From the human T2T-CHM13v2.0 reference genome, Homo sapiens, in assembly GCF_009914755.1 (NCBI RefSeq), contig NC_060926.1: 64,000 bases of DNA, one strand, 5' to 3'. Below are positions 37,946 through 54,390 of this stretch, piece by piece. The notes beneath the pieces were generated by a model. The model did not search any database. It saw only the letters and a list, made by a program, of their open reading frames with translations, and had not been told where the DNA came from. Numbering within the stretch: the stretch's first letter is position 1; each line of letters starts with the position of its first letter. The position numbers and the translations under genes were made by a program.

Positions 37946-38496
37946 CAGGGAAACATTTTTAAACTTTCATAGTATTATATCTATAAATTGAGTGTAACCA
38001 AATTTGTCTTAAATGTACCAATCATGTATATAAACTCAGTAAATTTTTAAAAATCCTATCCAAATTAATCACATATGCATTTTCCTGGAAATGCAAGACT
38101 GAGACTCAGATGTCTTTCTAACTACATAAGGTAGCAAATATGCATGGGATTCCTTCTTAACATAAGAACAGAGTATGGTTTTGTTCTCTTACTCAAACCA
38201 TTCTTTATTTAATTCTAAATCTTCCAGGTAAAATATGCATACCATCTGGTTATATAATACAAAAAATTTACATAAAACAGAGATGTTGGAGCCTCCAATA
38301 TCTAGAGTGATGTAATACTGTGTCCCCTTTATAGTTCCTGTGTCACAGCCTACAAAACTGAATGAAGAATTATTTTTTCAGCTTACATAGACCACTACAT
38401 TCAAGTTATTCTCATTACTGATTAATCTCACTCATATTGATTGTATGATTGGACATTTCATTTCTTTAACAGTACACTTATTTTTCTTCTAAAACA

Positions 38497-38590
38497 CTAA
38501 AAGCCCAAACTTCACCCTATCCAATATATTCAATATACCAAAGCTACACTTGTACCACTTAAATCTATAAAAATAAAATTTTAAAAAGAC
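38497..38590 (+). mobile_element. L1MA-type 3' terminal fragment
   Basis: AAAAGCCCAAACTTCACC...ACACTTGTACCACTTAAATCTATAAAAATAAAA. Confidence 0.6.
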
Positions 38591-38829
38591 TTTGAAATAA
38601 AACACATAAATGTATTTTCTAATAATAAAGAGCTTTTTACATGACAGGAATTTAATTATACGTACATGTATTTTATATCTAACAAGACCTGTGAACTTGA
38701 CTAGGACTGCCCTCTTTCATATTCTTAGCACTAAACAACACTTACAACTACTTAGAATGATGTCTAACCAACATAGCTAGGTCTTATTTACTATAATAAT
38801 TTATAAGGTACTTTTACTAATAATTCAGA

Positions 38830-39950
38830 AAATAAAAGAGCTCTTAGATATTCAACATGTGATAGAAAAATGAAACAACTGAATAGAAACTTATTTGGGA
38901 GGATAAAGTTGAGAAAATCTACCAGAAAGCAAATCAGCAAGACAAAAAGAAGTGCAATTCAGGGAGAAAACATTAGAAAATTAAAGAGCCAGTCAAGAGG
39001 TTCAACATTCTAATAAACAATGTTCAAAAAAGAGAAAATGGAAGGTTAAAATCATCAATAAAATCATTTAAGAAACTCCTAAAACTAAAGTCCAGGATCT
39101 TATAGTTTCAGATGGCCCAAATGAAATGCCCAAAACAATAGGCAAAAAATAGGCAGATATAAAGGCACATGAACACATTTTCAGAAAAGTGGAAAATATG
39201 TCTTAAGAATGATAAACACTAAGAAAAATTCCTATAAGCTTCCTGAGAGAAAGGTCAGGCTCTAAAATATGAAAAATCCAAATAGAAAGAGATATCTATC
39301 CCAATAGTACCACCAGAAACTAGAAGACAGTGAAGCAATGCTTTCCAAAGTCTGAGGAAAAATGTTTCCAACCTGGAATCCTCTATCTAATGAAACTGTC
39401 ACTCTGCTAGGAGGTAGAATAAAGAAATTTTTAAAATATGCAAGATTTCAAAAACTGTATCGTCTGTATTCTCTTTTTATGAAATTTACTAGAAGATATA
39501 CTTTATTCATATGAGAAAGTAAATCAAATAGAAAATGATATGAGATCTAGGAAATGACAGGCAACATAAGAGAAAGGCAAAAGATGACAGGGAAGCAAGT
39601 CTTCAGGATCACAGATGTGCAGTGGCCCTACAGAACAGCCTGTATAAATTGGTGGAGGCCAGAAAGCTCTTGGAGAGATATCTCCAAGGGATGGAAATTA
39701 ATACAGTCCTGGATGGGTCTGGATACATATGAATGTTTACAGAAATGAGAGCATCATGGGGATAAATTAGTTAGTGTTAAGTACATTGTAAAAGTTAGAA
39801 ACTAAAAAAGCACAAAAACGAGATATTTATCAACTCTAAGGAAACAAAAGATAGAGAAGAAGGAAAATTATACTACAAGGTCCAGCTGTGGGTAGCATTT
39901 ACAGAATAATAATCAAGTAAATGTTTAATATTGATCTAATCAAACCTGTT
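38830..39950 (+). mobile_element. HAL1 / ancient L1 ORF1-like remnant
   Basis: A-rich, GGATAAAGTTGAGAAAATC...TTAGAAAATTAAAGAGCCAGTCAAGAGGTTCAAC...GAAACTAGAAGACAGTGAAGCAATGC. Confidence 0.65.
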
Positions 39951-39966
39951 ACTACTTGTTATAACT

Positions 39967-40710
<744 letters not shown>

Positions 40711-40993
40711 GGTGCAATTGAATAGATTCCCTTGAGCAACTCAGATTGTTAGCTCTTCCAGGGCTACTCCCAGACACTGAAAGCAGAGTCTTTGTTTTTA
40801 GTCTTTGTTTTGTGACTAGTGGTATTAGTAACAGATTTCTTTATTCAGATATCTGATTGTTTCATTCAGAGTAAATATATGCTGTTTCAAATAATCACCA
40901 TGTATTTTAGCTGTCAGTTATACTCTGATGACTGGAACATCAAAAAGAATGAAACATATATGTTCTTGTTCTCCAGGAACTTACGGTCACAGC

Positions 40994-41641
40994 TGTAGGA
41001 ACCAAGAGGAAAGTTCCTTTTGGTTTTCTGAAGGGTTGCTGAAAAATCAACTCACAAAAGGCAGATTAAATGGAGAAAAGACATATAAATTTATTTGACA
41101 TGTATACACAGGAGACTTGCAGAATGAAGACCCAAAGATACAACAGAAATTGTCAATTTTTATGCTCAGGTTCAACACAGTGTGAACAACCATGCAGAAA
41201 TATGATTGGACATAAAGGATATGATCTAATGCTAAGACTGAATGGGGAAACCCAGCAAGGCCTGTCTGTCTAGATTCTTCTAGACTCTCAGAGCATATAT
41301 TTCTTCCTTCTGGGTGTGGGCCAGGAGCCTCTCTGGAATGGGGGTCTTGTAGCCTACAAACAAACAAGGTAGGCCAGATAATTTCTTTATGGCCAGTGTT
41401 CACACAGAAAGTCTAAGGGAACGTTAGATTGTATTTTTAGGTCTTAGGGCTGGCTTTGGGGAAAAGAGGTTCTGGTTTTTATGACCCGCCTTGGGGAAGA
41501 GGGATTCTAGTTTCCATGGCTAGCCTTGGCGGAGAATGGGACTGAGACAGGTGGGTGGGAGAAGGCCAGAGAAGAGCTTCCGCTTCTGAGGCTGCTTACA
41601 AGGCCTTCATTTGGGGGTATTTTTTTCTCGGCCCCCCAACA
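40994..41641 (-). mobile_element. MER39-type solo LTR (left arm of inverted pair)
   Basis: Reverse complement of 41995-42930. Confidence 0.82.
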
Positions 41642-41699
41642 CAATAAAGGCACAGGGTGAAAACATGAATAAATAAATGACAATGCTCGACAATGAATG

Positions 41700-41990
41700 A
41701 AGCCAAATGACTAAGTGAAGTCACCACTGACACTATATAAGTTTGAAGAGGGGTGAGGTAAGTGGGCCAGGGCAGGGTCATAGAAGGCTTCATAGATGAG
41801 CTGGCATTTGGCTAAAATTTCCAAGAGGGAGAGGAGTTCAGTAGATAACGAGCAGAGGAGCAGGCACTCCAGGTGGGGATAAAAGAGTGAGCAGAACCTG
41901 GAGGTCTAAAAATTCAATGGGTATTCAGGACAGAGTGAGCAGAAAATTTCATTGAAAAAGACACTAGATAGAATTGGAAAAATGGTTAAG
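41700..41990 (-). mobile_element. L2 fragment (continues at about 42960-43125)
   Basis: CAGGGTCATAGAAGGCTTCATAGATGAG...GCACTCCAGGTGGGGA...GAGCAGAACCTGGAGG. Confidence 0.5.
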
Positions 41991-41994
41991 ATGA

Positions 41995-42930
<936 letters not shown>

Positions 42931-43128
42931 GTGCTTCAGGGTCTAGAACTCTCATTTGCATAAAGTAGACACTAAAATATTTGCTAATGGAAGGACTTGA
43001 GTGCCAGGTTTGAGCAGGAAAGAGATTTGATCAGTTTGAGTTTTAGGAAGACCTAAAACTGGTCCTGCAGTGAGGAAAGAGTGGAGAGCAGGAAGCAGTT
43101 GCCTAGTTTCCTAGGCCTAAGAAGATAG

Positions 43129-43887
43129 TGTTAACTGACCAAACTCGGATCCACTCACCCAGTGCACCAAAGCCAAACATTGTCATGGGGGTTGCAGTGA
43201 GAGAAAGTGAGGCATTTTTTTTTGCAGGGCACCAAGCAAGGAGAATTGGGCAGCTAATGCTTAAGACTCGAACTCCCAGATGGCTTACAGGTAGGAGTTT
43301 TTAAAGGCAGAAGGCAGAGCTTACAAGCAAAGTCGTAAGTCAATACATGGAGGCCACACATTGCTTTGACCTAAAGAGGCTTACTTAAGAACTCAAAGTG
43401 GGGGCCCATAGGTTATAGGTAGACTTGAAGATTTTCTGATTTGGAATTGGTTAAGAAGGCGAAGCTTTGTCTAAAAATTCAAGATTAGCAGAAAAGGATG
43501 TTAGCTGTGGCTCCTGGGTTGTGACATCCTCCAGGCCCCTCAGGAAGAAATTTAGGACAAAGAATGGCAGTCAGAGTCCAGTCCTCAGTTTCCCCTGAGG
43601 GGTCTACCTGCCAGTGGATCCATATGGTGGAGGTGTGCATTTCTGAAAAACAGCTCAGGGATGTATGTTAACATATTCTCTTTGGTTTCTACAGGAAACC
43701 AAACATTCTTGTGGCTTTCTTGGCTATTGTTTTAAGCTACTATTAACTTCTTGCTTATTAAGTTGCTAATTTACTTCTCAAGGCTACCTCTGTGCCTGGA
43801 GTTTCCCTTGAAGAAACTCAAGATTTTCATTTACTTCCATGCTTAAGGGAGCTTGCAAGCCCCTAAGAGGGGTCCCTGCTCCATCCA
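43129..43887 (-). mobile_element. MER72-like solo LTR
   Basis: 759 bp; perfect TSD ATAG; homologous to the split element at 22456-23926. Confidence 0.78.
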
Positions 43888-46576
43888 ATAGTATCTGAAA
43901 TAAGAACGTGGCAGTGTGACACAAACAGAAAGAAACAGATGAGTTCATTCTAAGAAATGAATTAATAGGATTTGGCTAAATAAAACAGGAATTTTTCAAA
44001 AGATGCTTATTGAAATTAAATGTCAAGGTTAAGAAATGAGGTTTTCAATCCCAGATGTTTTGTCTCTCCCATCTGCCTCCCTTCTCACAGACTGTTGATA
44101 AAGAAGGAATTAATTTAGACAAATAAAGAAAATACTGCTCTTTGTTACTTGGGGGTGTTGGTGAGGAGTTTTGAGCTCTGCCTGCACAGAGATGCAGTTC
44201 CATTAATGCATCTTAAGAGACAAAAGGCATCCTGCAGGGCATATCTGAAAATTCTTTCCCCTCCTGATTTCCAAGTGAAGGAATTTATATGCCGATAGTT
44301 TCCCTTGAGCATTCTTTCTGGTGATGAAAATCCACAGTCAGTATTCTCATTCGAAGCAGACTTTCCCCAAGGCCACACACATCCAGACTGGCAGCCTGAG
44401 CGCTGCTGCCCTCTGCCTTCCCCCCTCCCGCAAGGTGCTTTCTCTAAACAAATTACAACTGCAGGAAGGAGGAGATCAGTACTTGGGCACCAGAGGTTCA
44501 CAATATAAATACCACATACAGCTGACTGAGGCAGTTTGCGTACATGCATCTGCCCCAAATTAAAAATACTTCTGAATGGAATACCACAAATGTCTTTGAA
44601 GTTCATTACTGTAGGGAGTTATGTACTGAGGGGGCCTTTCCCTTGTTTATGCAGCATGTCAGGGTCTCAGGGAGAGGCTGAGGGAAGTGAAGTAACGGCT
44701 CTGGTTTACATTATGGGATGGTTCGCAGAGATGAAAAGATTCTGTGCATTAAGTCACACTGCTCATGTTATTACCACCAGGGCAGATATGGCAAAGAGTA
44801 AATCAAGTTAATCTGCTGGGGCCTTAGGTTATGTATGTGGGGATTATTACAGGAGATAATTTCATGCTCCTGGGAAAGCGCAAGTTTGCAGAGGACTCAA
44901 TGACCTCCTAGCCTATCCCCCAATCTATGGTTTTCATAAGGTCTTTGCCACATTTTCTCCCTCATTCTCTCATTGTAAAGGTTTAATAATGTCTCTATGT
45001 TTATTTAATGAAAAATTTTCTTACATATAGAACACTGGGAAGTTGTAATTGGGAAGATCTCAAAGAAAAAAGTACAACATAGTCTGCGAGAGGGTGACCG
45101 ACTTATCTCATTTGCAAGCAAGCAAATAGGGACTTAAAGATGTTCAAATTCTAATTGTTTTAAATATTATGCAGACCAAACAAAACTGTTTATGGGTGAC
45201 ACTGTTTCATATGTCTAAAGGTATAGAAACTTCAAAACTAGAGCAGAAGAGCCGTGGTGGTGAAGTCATGAGAGAAATACAGGTGGAGCCAAAAGGATTT
45301 TGTACATATTCCTATCCACGACTGTGTTGCTTTATCTTTCTTCTGTGTGCCATGGGGGTTGAAGAGCACACGTTTCAGATGACATTTGTACTCATGGCAC
45401 TCTGAATCGCATGCTTCTTCAGTCCATTCTCATCTGTTAAGACTTTCCATAATAGTTCTTATGAAAAAATACATCTTTTAAATATATCTATGGCTCTGGC
45501 TGAACTCCCTCAATGACCAATTTTATCTGAGAAAATAAAAAATTCTGTATTTCAGTAGAAAGTCTCCTTCATTTGAAAGCACAGCAGGAGAGTTCCTCAA
45601 AGCTCCTAGGTTTGTTTTCCCAGCCTATAAAGCTGTCTTAAATACAGTGTGTGCTTCCCTTAAGGGTTTTGTGAAAGTTGGCAAAGATAGTCTTTTGGAA
45701 AGACTCTCCTTCTATCTTAAACATTTTCCCACCAAGCTACCTACATAGGCAGGTGAAAATTAATGAGTATCCTTGAGGTATTTGTGTGAAGCTCCAGCAG
45801 AGCATACTTAAAAACCTTTGAGACCTCCTTCTTATCATAAAAATTCAACTCAGTTTTTCTCTCTATTCCCTAATATGGTTTTTTTTAATCGATGTGTTCG
45901 ACTGGTAGGTTAGAGAATTGGCACAGGCCTTTACAGAGGCAAATCATAATTTGGTGTGTGTGGTGGCAGGGGAGAGGTGTGGGAGGTGGTGACAGGAGGA
46001 AAGAAATGGGTAAATAGGAAATCCAACCAGAAATGGCCATGGGGAGAACCAGATAATATGCATGTAACTCACACTGAAAAGCTTAGAGTAAAGCCTGATT
46101 TATGGTATAATAGTGTCCCCAAAAAAGTTCCAAGCAGACCCAGTCTCACATCCTGACCCTTTTATTGACTCAATTGCACTTCATTTCCTCTATTAGGTTG
46201 AAGTACCTTCTACTTGAGTTACGTTAAGTCAAAATATAATTTTTATAAAGTTAAAGACATAATTTCCAAAAAGATATTTAGTGAGCACTTGTCAAAAATT
46301 TATTTACCTAATTAATAAAGAAACCACCAGGATGACAAAGCTCATACAAAGATAGGGGAAACTACTATATATAGCCAAAGAAAGTGCTGAAATAAGATTG
46401 CTCAGTAAGATGCTAAAATCACAGCCTTTGCTGTGATCTCATCTATAAGACAGAAACGTTTGCATATTTACCAAACAAAATCATTTGCAACTTTTCAATC
46501 TTTACCAAGGTAACATCTAATTTTACCGAGTCTGAATCCCAATCAATTGTAAGTCAGGCAATGTTAGATTGCCTAC

Positions 46577-46748
46577 CAGTGCCTCACACATGAGTGTGCA
46601 TCAGAATCACCTGGAGGGCTTGATAAGAAAGGGTGTTAGATCTAACCCACAGTAGTACACCTAGGGTGAGGCCCAAGAATGGGCATTTCTAACAAGTGCT
46701 AGATGGTGCCTCTGCTGCTAGTCCAGGGACCAACTTTGAGAACCACTA
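46577..46748. mobile_element. MER5A hAT-Charlie MITE
   Basis: GTGCATCAGAATCACCTGGAGGGCTTG...GGCCCAAGAATGGGCATTTCTAACAAG...CTTTGAGAACCACT. Confidence 0.85.
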
Positions 46749-48413
46749 CCCTAGCCTGATGTTAAAAAGGCTTGCAGTAATATTTCTGCCTTATTTTCAA
46801 GTGTCACATATAGCAGAATAAATTGTTAAAGGCTTTTAAATAGACCAATAAGATCATTAGATATCCCTGATAGAAAACCAGGCATTGTCTAATTTCAGAT
46901 TTTTCTGACTCATTGGGGTTTTCATCTTTCATTGTTTTTGAGCTATTTAGAACTCTGTGATTTGTAGATAACTAGTGGCAATGCAAATGATTCTTGTCTA
47001 TAGACATGCAAATTAATTTTGTCCAGGTGAAAGGATAATTGATTTCTCTCTCCTACCCTCTACTCTCATCCCTCTGTAAAACATCACTTGTGCATTTATT
47101 TGTTAATTCATTTCCTGCATTTCTTTTCTGTATATATGTATATATGCAAATACATACATGGTAACATGTATACACAGATATATTTCTCTGAATTTTCCTT
47201 TGAACTGTTTGTCACAACTTATTGTTTCCCTTAATTACTGATTTAAATAAAATCTTTGGTGTATGTTTATTTTATATTACTGTAAGTCATGATAAACCTT
47301 GTTTAAAAAATTATCTTTCAAAGGCTACTTCTTTTTAAAAATAATTCCCAAGTTTGGAATTTCACTTTTCGTTCATTCTGTTTTCATTGCAAATAAGTGA
47401 ATGTCTTCTTCCAGTAGAGTTAGCTTGTGGTTTTTGTATTTCCTAACACTTAACAATCACTTTTAAGATTTAGTCTACTGGGCCACTGACCAGACTGAGA
47501 TCCTATGGATTCCAGCTGCCTATTTGCTTTAACGAAAACACAGCTGCTCTTACTTTTTAATCCCTCTTTACTGTCATCATTTATCTAAGTCAGTGAATTC
47601 ATATTTTCTCCTTTCAATTGTATTATTTAGGAGGATAGGTTAGCCATTTCTATTATTCAGGGTGTTAACCTTCACCATTAATTAACAACAGCAAACCCAT
47701 AAAACATTTGCTACCTGTTTCAAAGCCTGGAAACTCTTTGTTAGACATCTGGAGTGTCAGGAGGAGGCAAGCTGGAGGAGGCAAGCTCGTGTGCCAACTT
47801 GGAATCCTTTGAATTTCTAGGGTCAGCAGGAAATCCTAGCTGGCTGGTGGGGTCACAGACAGATATTTTAAACTCTAAGTTCATGACCCTGGATGCTACC
47901 CAGCTTCTGATCTGAATTATTTCCTTCCAATAGAGCATCTGTGTTCTATAAGAGGAGCTCAGATTCTCTGCAAGGCCCCGGAAGTCACCCTTCCTGGGCC
48001 CCTCAGCTCTGGAATTCATAACAGACCTAAGTTTGACACTCATAGCTCAGTTCTTCCTCGACCCACTCTCAGCCACTACGTTTGGAAGACAAACGAACCA
48101 CTCAATTCTACCAGAAACTATTGTCCTTGCTTTCTTTATTTCCCAGATGACTATAAAATGCTATAGGTTGTATTATCAGGAATATGGAAGACAGGCTGAA
48201 TTCAAGTAATTATTTTGTGTAAAAAAAAAAAAAAAGATGCCACTCATTTCACCTGCTTTAGGAAAATGAGGCCCTGAGGTTTTTTGCCAATTGTTTTCTC
48301 TAAGTTGTTGCTATGTATGGTGTCTTCCAGATTAACATTTAGCCTCTCTACCCCAAGTACTTATGTTTCATGGAAAATATTCCTAGGATGCCATATTTTA
48401 ACGAATATCTTAA

Positions 48414-48776
<363 letters not shown>

Positions 48777-49038
48777 CTACACGAAACTTTTCTTAACATT
48801 TCCGTAGGACCCAAGAGTCCCTAACTGTAGTCAGGACATCCATGCTCTAACATATCTTCTCAGTCTCGCTTTGCCGTTTCGTCTATGTAGTTACCAAAAG
48901 GAAAAGGCAATGATAAAGAAATCTTGCACTGAGTTCCTCAATTTAAATGAGAATTAGAGAATGGAGGTGTGACTTAGATACCAGAATATGTTGCCTCCAA
49001 TCTTTTAGCTACCTGGGGTCACCTTGACCTTTTAAATT

Positions 49039-50023
<985 letters not shown>

Positions 50024-50073
50024 GGTTTATAGAAATATTGGTTCAAACTCCATATATGCAGAGTGGGGAGGGG

Positions 50074-50210
50074 AAGTGCTGCCAGACAAAATACAGGATT
50101 ATCCTAAATATTGCCTGGGACTTATTAAATGAAAAAAAATACTTATTGTTTATCTGAATTCAAATTTATTCAGAAATGCTGTATTTCATTTGCTAAATCT
50201 GGAAACCCTA
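50074..50210. mobile_element. MER53-like hAT MITE, internally deleted
   Basis: TGCCAGACAAAATACAGGA...TTGTTTATCTGAATTCAAATTT...TTTGCTAAATCTGGAAACCCTA. Confidence 0.7.
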
Positions 50211-50535
50211 TGAGGGAATAACTCATTGCACCAATATATCTGGATATCCTCGGAGAGGGGCACAAGCACTGCAGATCATGTCAGGCTCTAATCTACTTAG
50301 CTGGCTTCATTCTTATCCTCACTCATCTCCCTCCTTTTTCGTTTGCCCAAAACAGTCTCTTGCCCTTGATTTTTCCAAATCACCACTCAATGCAAGTTAT
50401 AGCTCTACTGAACATTCAGAAGTGCAAAGGGATGTGGCTTTTGCCTCAGAAAATCACAGCAGTTTTTCAGTCACCCTCACCACTGTCCATTACAGTTACA
50501 GTCAAGCATTAATCAGGCACTTTGACATATTTCCT

Positions 50536-50960
50536 TGTAACTGAAAGTCACTAGATACTGACCATTTGAGTCTCCGTTGTTCCTACAGATGGGATTTCTG
50601 GCATTAGAATCATAAAGACTGTTTAAGAGTTGCTTAAGATATTTTTCACATCCCGAATTCCAGCAAAACAGCTGACATCAACCAGTCTGAAAACACAGAG
50701 GAACAGAATCAGCATGAGAATATAGCTTCTTCATCTCCCTGTCCCATGAAGTCACCCTACACTTTTCAACCAATCAATGATCACCACACTTTGGTCCACT
50801 CCAAACCCTAGACCCAAACTCCTCCAGGAGATAGATTTGAGGTTCCTTCCCATCTCCTCACACAGCAGCCCTACAATTAAACCTCTTTCTCTGGTGCAAC
50901 CCAGTGTCTCCACGTATTGCCTTGCCTCATGCATTGGGAAACAGATCTATTATGGTTATA
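50536..50960 (+). mobile_element. ERV1 solo LTR (MER66/MER83-like)
   Basis: 425 bp; TGTAAC...TATTATGGTTATA; TSD TCCT/GCCT; ATTAAA poly(A) signal; subfamily uncertain. Confidence 0.7.
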
Positions 50961-51561
50961 GCCTCATCTCTGTCCCTCAATTTTAGCTCCAGTCCCAACC
51001 CCCTAAAATCCCACAGATTTCTAGTTTTAGAACATTTTGAATCTAAGCTAACACTGGGGCCACTAGGCTTGCATAAAGGCCTTCATCTACAATACAAACA
51101 TGTACCTAAATGAAAAGCAGTTACTCTTGAGCTGCATTTCATTATCAGTGCTGAAATTACAATTTTTAATTCCCCTCTATATAGAGGGAGAAATAAATTT
51201 TTATAAGGCTTAGAAGAGAAGACTGAAAAAGGTAGAATTTTCATCTTGAAAAAGAGCTGTCTTAGGCACAAATGAGTCAACAGATGTACCAACAGTTAAC
51301 ACAGATGTTAGCAATTAGTTCTCCATCTCTGTTAAACCTGTATCTAGAGGAAAATGGTCAAATTATTGCATGAAAGATTTTGATCACCTGCATCAACAGG
51401 TCTCTTGAGCCTGTATATACCAAAGGGATCACATTAAGAGTAATAACTCAACTATTAACATGTGCCTCCTCTCAACATAAAACTTACAGTGAGTAGTCAA
51501 AGCATTACACATCCAATTTTCAGACTCTTGAAATGTCTCACTAATTACATCCACTGCTACT

Positions 51562-51994
51562 TGAGAAAAACTCTCTCCTTTGACCAAAACTTTAGTCAGG
51601 CTCCCCTGTGTCCTCTCCCTGACTAGGCTCAACCTTGGGTTTACCTCTGTGTCCTCATAGAATCTAGTTTTAGCAAGAGTCTCGCTAAATCACTTTAGCA
51701 AAAATCACCTCAATATCTCATCACCCTAGCCTGCCTACCTTCAACAACAATCCTCTTGTGACAGTTTAGCTAGAAACTCCTTATTCTTGATGCTTCCTCT
51801 TAGCAATTTTCCACCCACTGACTCCTTCCATCTTGGCTGTAATCTCACTTGTCCTTTTCAGAGACAGAGTTGAGTCCGATCTTCCCCCACAATGTGAGAC
51901 CCCATTGCAGTGCTCCCTGTATTTATCTCCATGGCCCCCTTGAATAAATTCTGCCTCACTAACAGGTGTCATGACTAATTTTTTTTCACTGAAA
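51562..51994 (+). mobile_element. MER31-like ERV1 solo LTR
   Basis: ACTCTCTCCTTTGACCAAAACTTTAGTCAGGCTCC start; TGAATAAA near the end. Confidence 0.75.
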
Positions 51995-52085
51995 AATATT
52001 TTAGACACTGTATACACTAAAGACAGTTGACAGTAGCATCTCCCCAGGGCCACTGTGCCAGTGCCTTCTGTGAGAATGTGGATGT

Positions 52086-52579
52086 TGTATGAATCATCTT
52101 TTCTTTATTTTCTATATTTTATGATGCTTTGATATCTGGGGACTTGCAGACCCGAGAAGGGACTGCCCCTCCCAGGGTCAGTTAATCCCTAGAGAGAGCA
52201 GACAACTTGCCTGTGAGCCCACAATTGGTATACAAATAAGCCCAGGGCCAGGTGCTGGACAACTAGAAACAACCCCTATAGCCCACAGCCTGCCAAAATT
52301 ATTCTAAGCAGCCAATCCTAATCCCACTCAGCTGCTTGCCATGCTTCACCCATTCCCTCCCATGAAAACCACAGTAAAGGCTCTCGCCCCTCCTTCCCCC
52401 TCATTCCTTTTGCCCTTAACCAATCCTGATGCTTCTCTATGTGACTCTCTGTGGCATGGAGTGATCCCTCCTTTCAGGACCTGTGAGTAACAAATTACCT
52501 TTTCAATGGCATTTGTCTCCTTATCTGCTGGCCTCACAATACCTGAACAAAAACAAAATCCTGGGTATGTTTAAAAACA
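52086..52579 (+). mobile_element. MER68/MER77-like ERVL solo LTR
   Basis: Perfect 5-bp TSD GATGT; GGGACTGCCCCTCCCAGGG and CCCAGGGCCAGGT motifs. Confidence 0.8.
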
Positions 52580-52664
52580 GATGTCTGTGAAAAAGATGCT
52601 CTCTACCAAGGTTCCCAGGGCAATCAACTCTCAAGGTGCCCTTGAAGGATTTATTGCATGTCCT

Positions 52665-53094
52665 TGTTAAAGCAAACTAAGTATGGCCTGAGAAGGACTC
52701 TGTACTTCTATATTTGAGTCCTTGTGGATGAACTGTAACCTAGCTTAATAGTCAGACAAAATTGGAAACCTAACTTAATAGTATACACCTGTAACAATAG
52801 CTGAGTGTTGGCCAATCCCAGCAGCCATATTTCAACCTCTCATAGACTGCTGAATGTTCAAACTGTGTTCAAATAAGGCAAACACTGAGCTGTAACCAAT
52901 CTTGCTATTTCTGTACCTCACTTCCAATTCCTGTATGTCTTTATCTTTTTTGTCTACAAATTTGTTCTGACCATGAGGCATCTCTGGAGTCTCTCTGAAT
53001 CTGCTGTGATTCTGGAGGCTGCCTGGTTCGTGAATTGTTCGTTGCTCAATTAAACTCCTTTAAATTTAATTCAGCTGAAGTTTTTCTTTTATCA
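52665..53094 (+). mobile_element. MER57A-type ERV1 solo LTR
   Basis: TGTTAAAGCAAACTAAGTATGGCCTGAGAAGGACTC...GAAGTTTTTCTTTTATCA; two CCAAT boxes; TSD TCCT/CCCT. Confidence 0.88.
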
Positions 53095-54009
53095 CCCTGA
53101 AGCTTTCACTACCACCATCATGTCAGGAAGTCAGAGAGGGGAGGAAGATTCCTCCTCGTGGTTGTCACCTATGGCTCAAAAGCTCCAGAGTACCTTTTGA
53201 ACATAGTGTCTTCAGCTTCTCTGCCCTCCTTCATAGAGCTCAAATACTAAATTTGGGGGTCAAAATTAGGGCTCAGCTTTCCCATTCTGCACGCTCACCC
53301 CTCCCAACCAGCCACAGGCCCACACAAAACTTCCTTGGATGGAGCCCTTTCCCAGGCAAATCAATTGATGTGAATCGACTCATGCAAGTGTCTGCCTCCC
53401 AGATTCACTGTCAGTGAAACAGAGGAACCAGCTACTGATAAGGACTATCCTCGAAATTCAGATGCTATTGAACATTAGGATGAATTTCCAAGGTAGATTT
53501 ACATACTTGCCTTCCAAGACTTTAAAAGTAGAATGATTTATCAAGTGTTTGATTGAAATAAATTGTGAAGGGAACCTATGACGCTACATTGTTCTATACT
53601 TTATTGAATTGTATAATATATATCATACATAGTGTAATGCGTGTGTTTATGCATGTGTACCTTATATATACACACATATGTATAATATATATTCACAATT
53701 ATATACAATAAAAATGTTGCAAAACATAATATGTTCACTCAGAGAATATGTGAACTTCCCTCAGTGTAGAAGCAGCTTCGTTCATGGTTCTCATTAGTAG
53801 ATAGAGCCAGTAAAAAGGCTGGGCTGGCAAGAGGAGATCTAAGCTAAGATATATTCCCAGAAAACTTACAGCAATTCTTGTTGCTTCCCTTTCCTCGGAC
53901 ACATAGCCTGACTCTAGCCAGAATATAACAGGCCCAAGGCAGAACCACTGACAAGCCCTTTTCAAATGTCTTTCTCCAAAAGAAATTGTCTCATAGGAAT
54001 CATACTTGG

Positions 54010-54390
54010 GTATTATGCAATGCCCAGCTGCTCATCAAATTCCTGTTTTCTTCTAGACACTCAGAACTACGCTATTTTCTTGCTTCCCATGAAGTCAGAC
54101 ATGCACCTGTGACTGAATTCTAGGCCATGGAATGTGAGCAGAAAGGATGTGCACTATTTCCAGGCCAAGCCTTGTAAGAAGCGGATCTGCAGGCTGAATG
54201 CTGAAGGTGACTATGATGGTGAGGCCATAAGATGACTTGGTCCTTATGGCTCTACATGGACGACAGCCAACCTGTAAGCAGAAATACACACTAGGAGTTT
54301 AGGTGAGGACAAAACAAAATTCTACAGCATCTGAGCCCTTTTACGTGTGGGGATCTATTTGCTGCCACAGCTCAGACTCTCTACTAAGAC
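54010..54390 (+). mobile_element. Old MLT1 (I/J-like) MaLR LTR
   Basis: GTGACTGAATTCTAGGCCATGGAATGTGAGCAGAAAGGATGTGCACTATTTCCAGGCC. Confidence 0.7.

Noticed and set aside
37473-38303. Short hairpins AGATAATCTA-cctgt-TAGATTATCT (37473-37497) and AGATGTTGGAG-c-CTCCAATATCT (38281-38303)
   Set aside because: Stems of 10-11 bp in AT-rich DNA are too short for miRNA precursors and are plausible by chance.
44145-44606. 153-aa minus-strand ORF in unique sequence as a novel gene
   Set aside because: No recognisable domain, composition typical of random ORFs, and overlapping ORFs of similar quality on the other strand.
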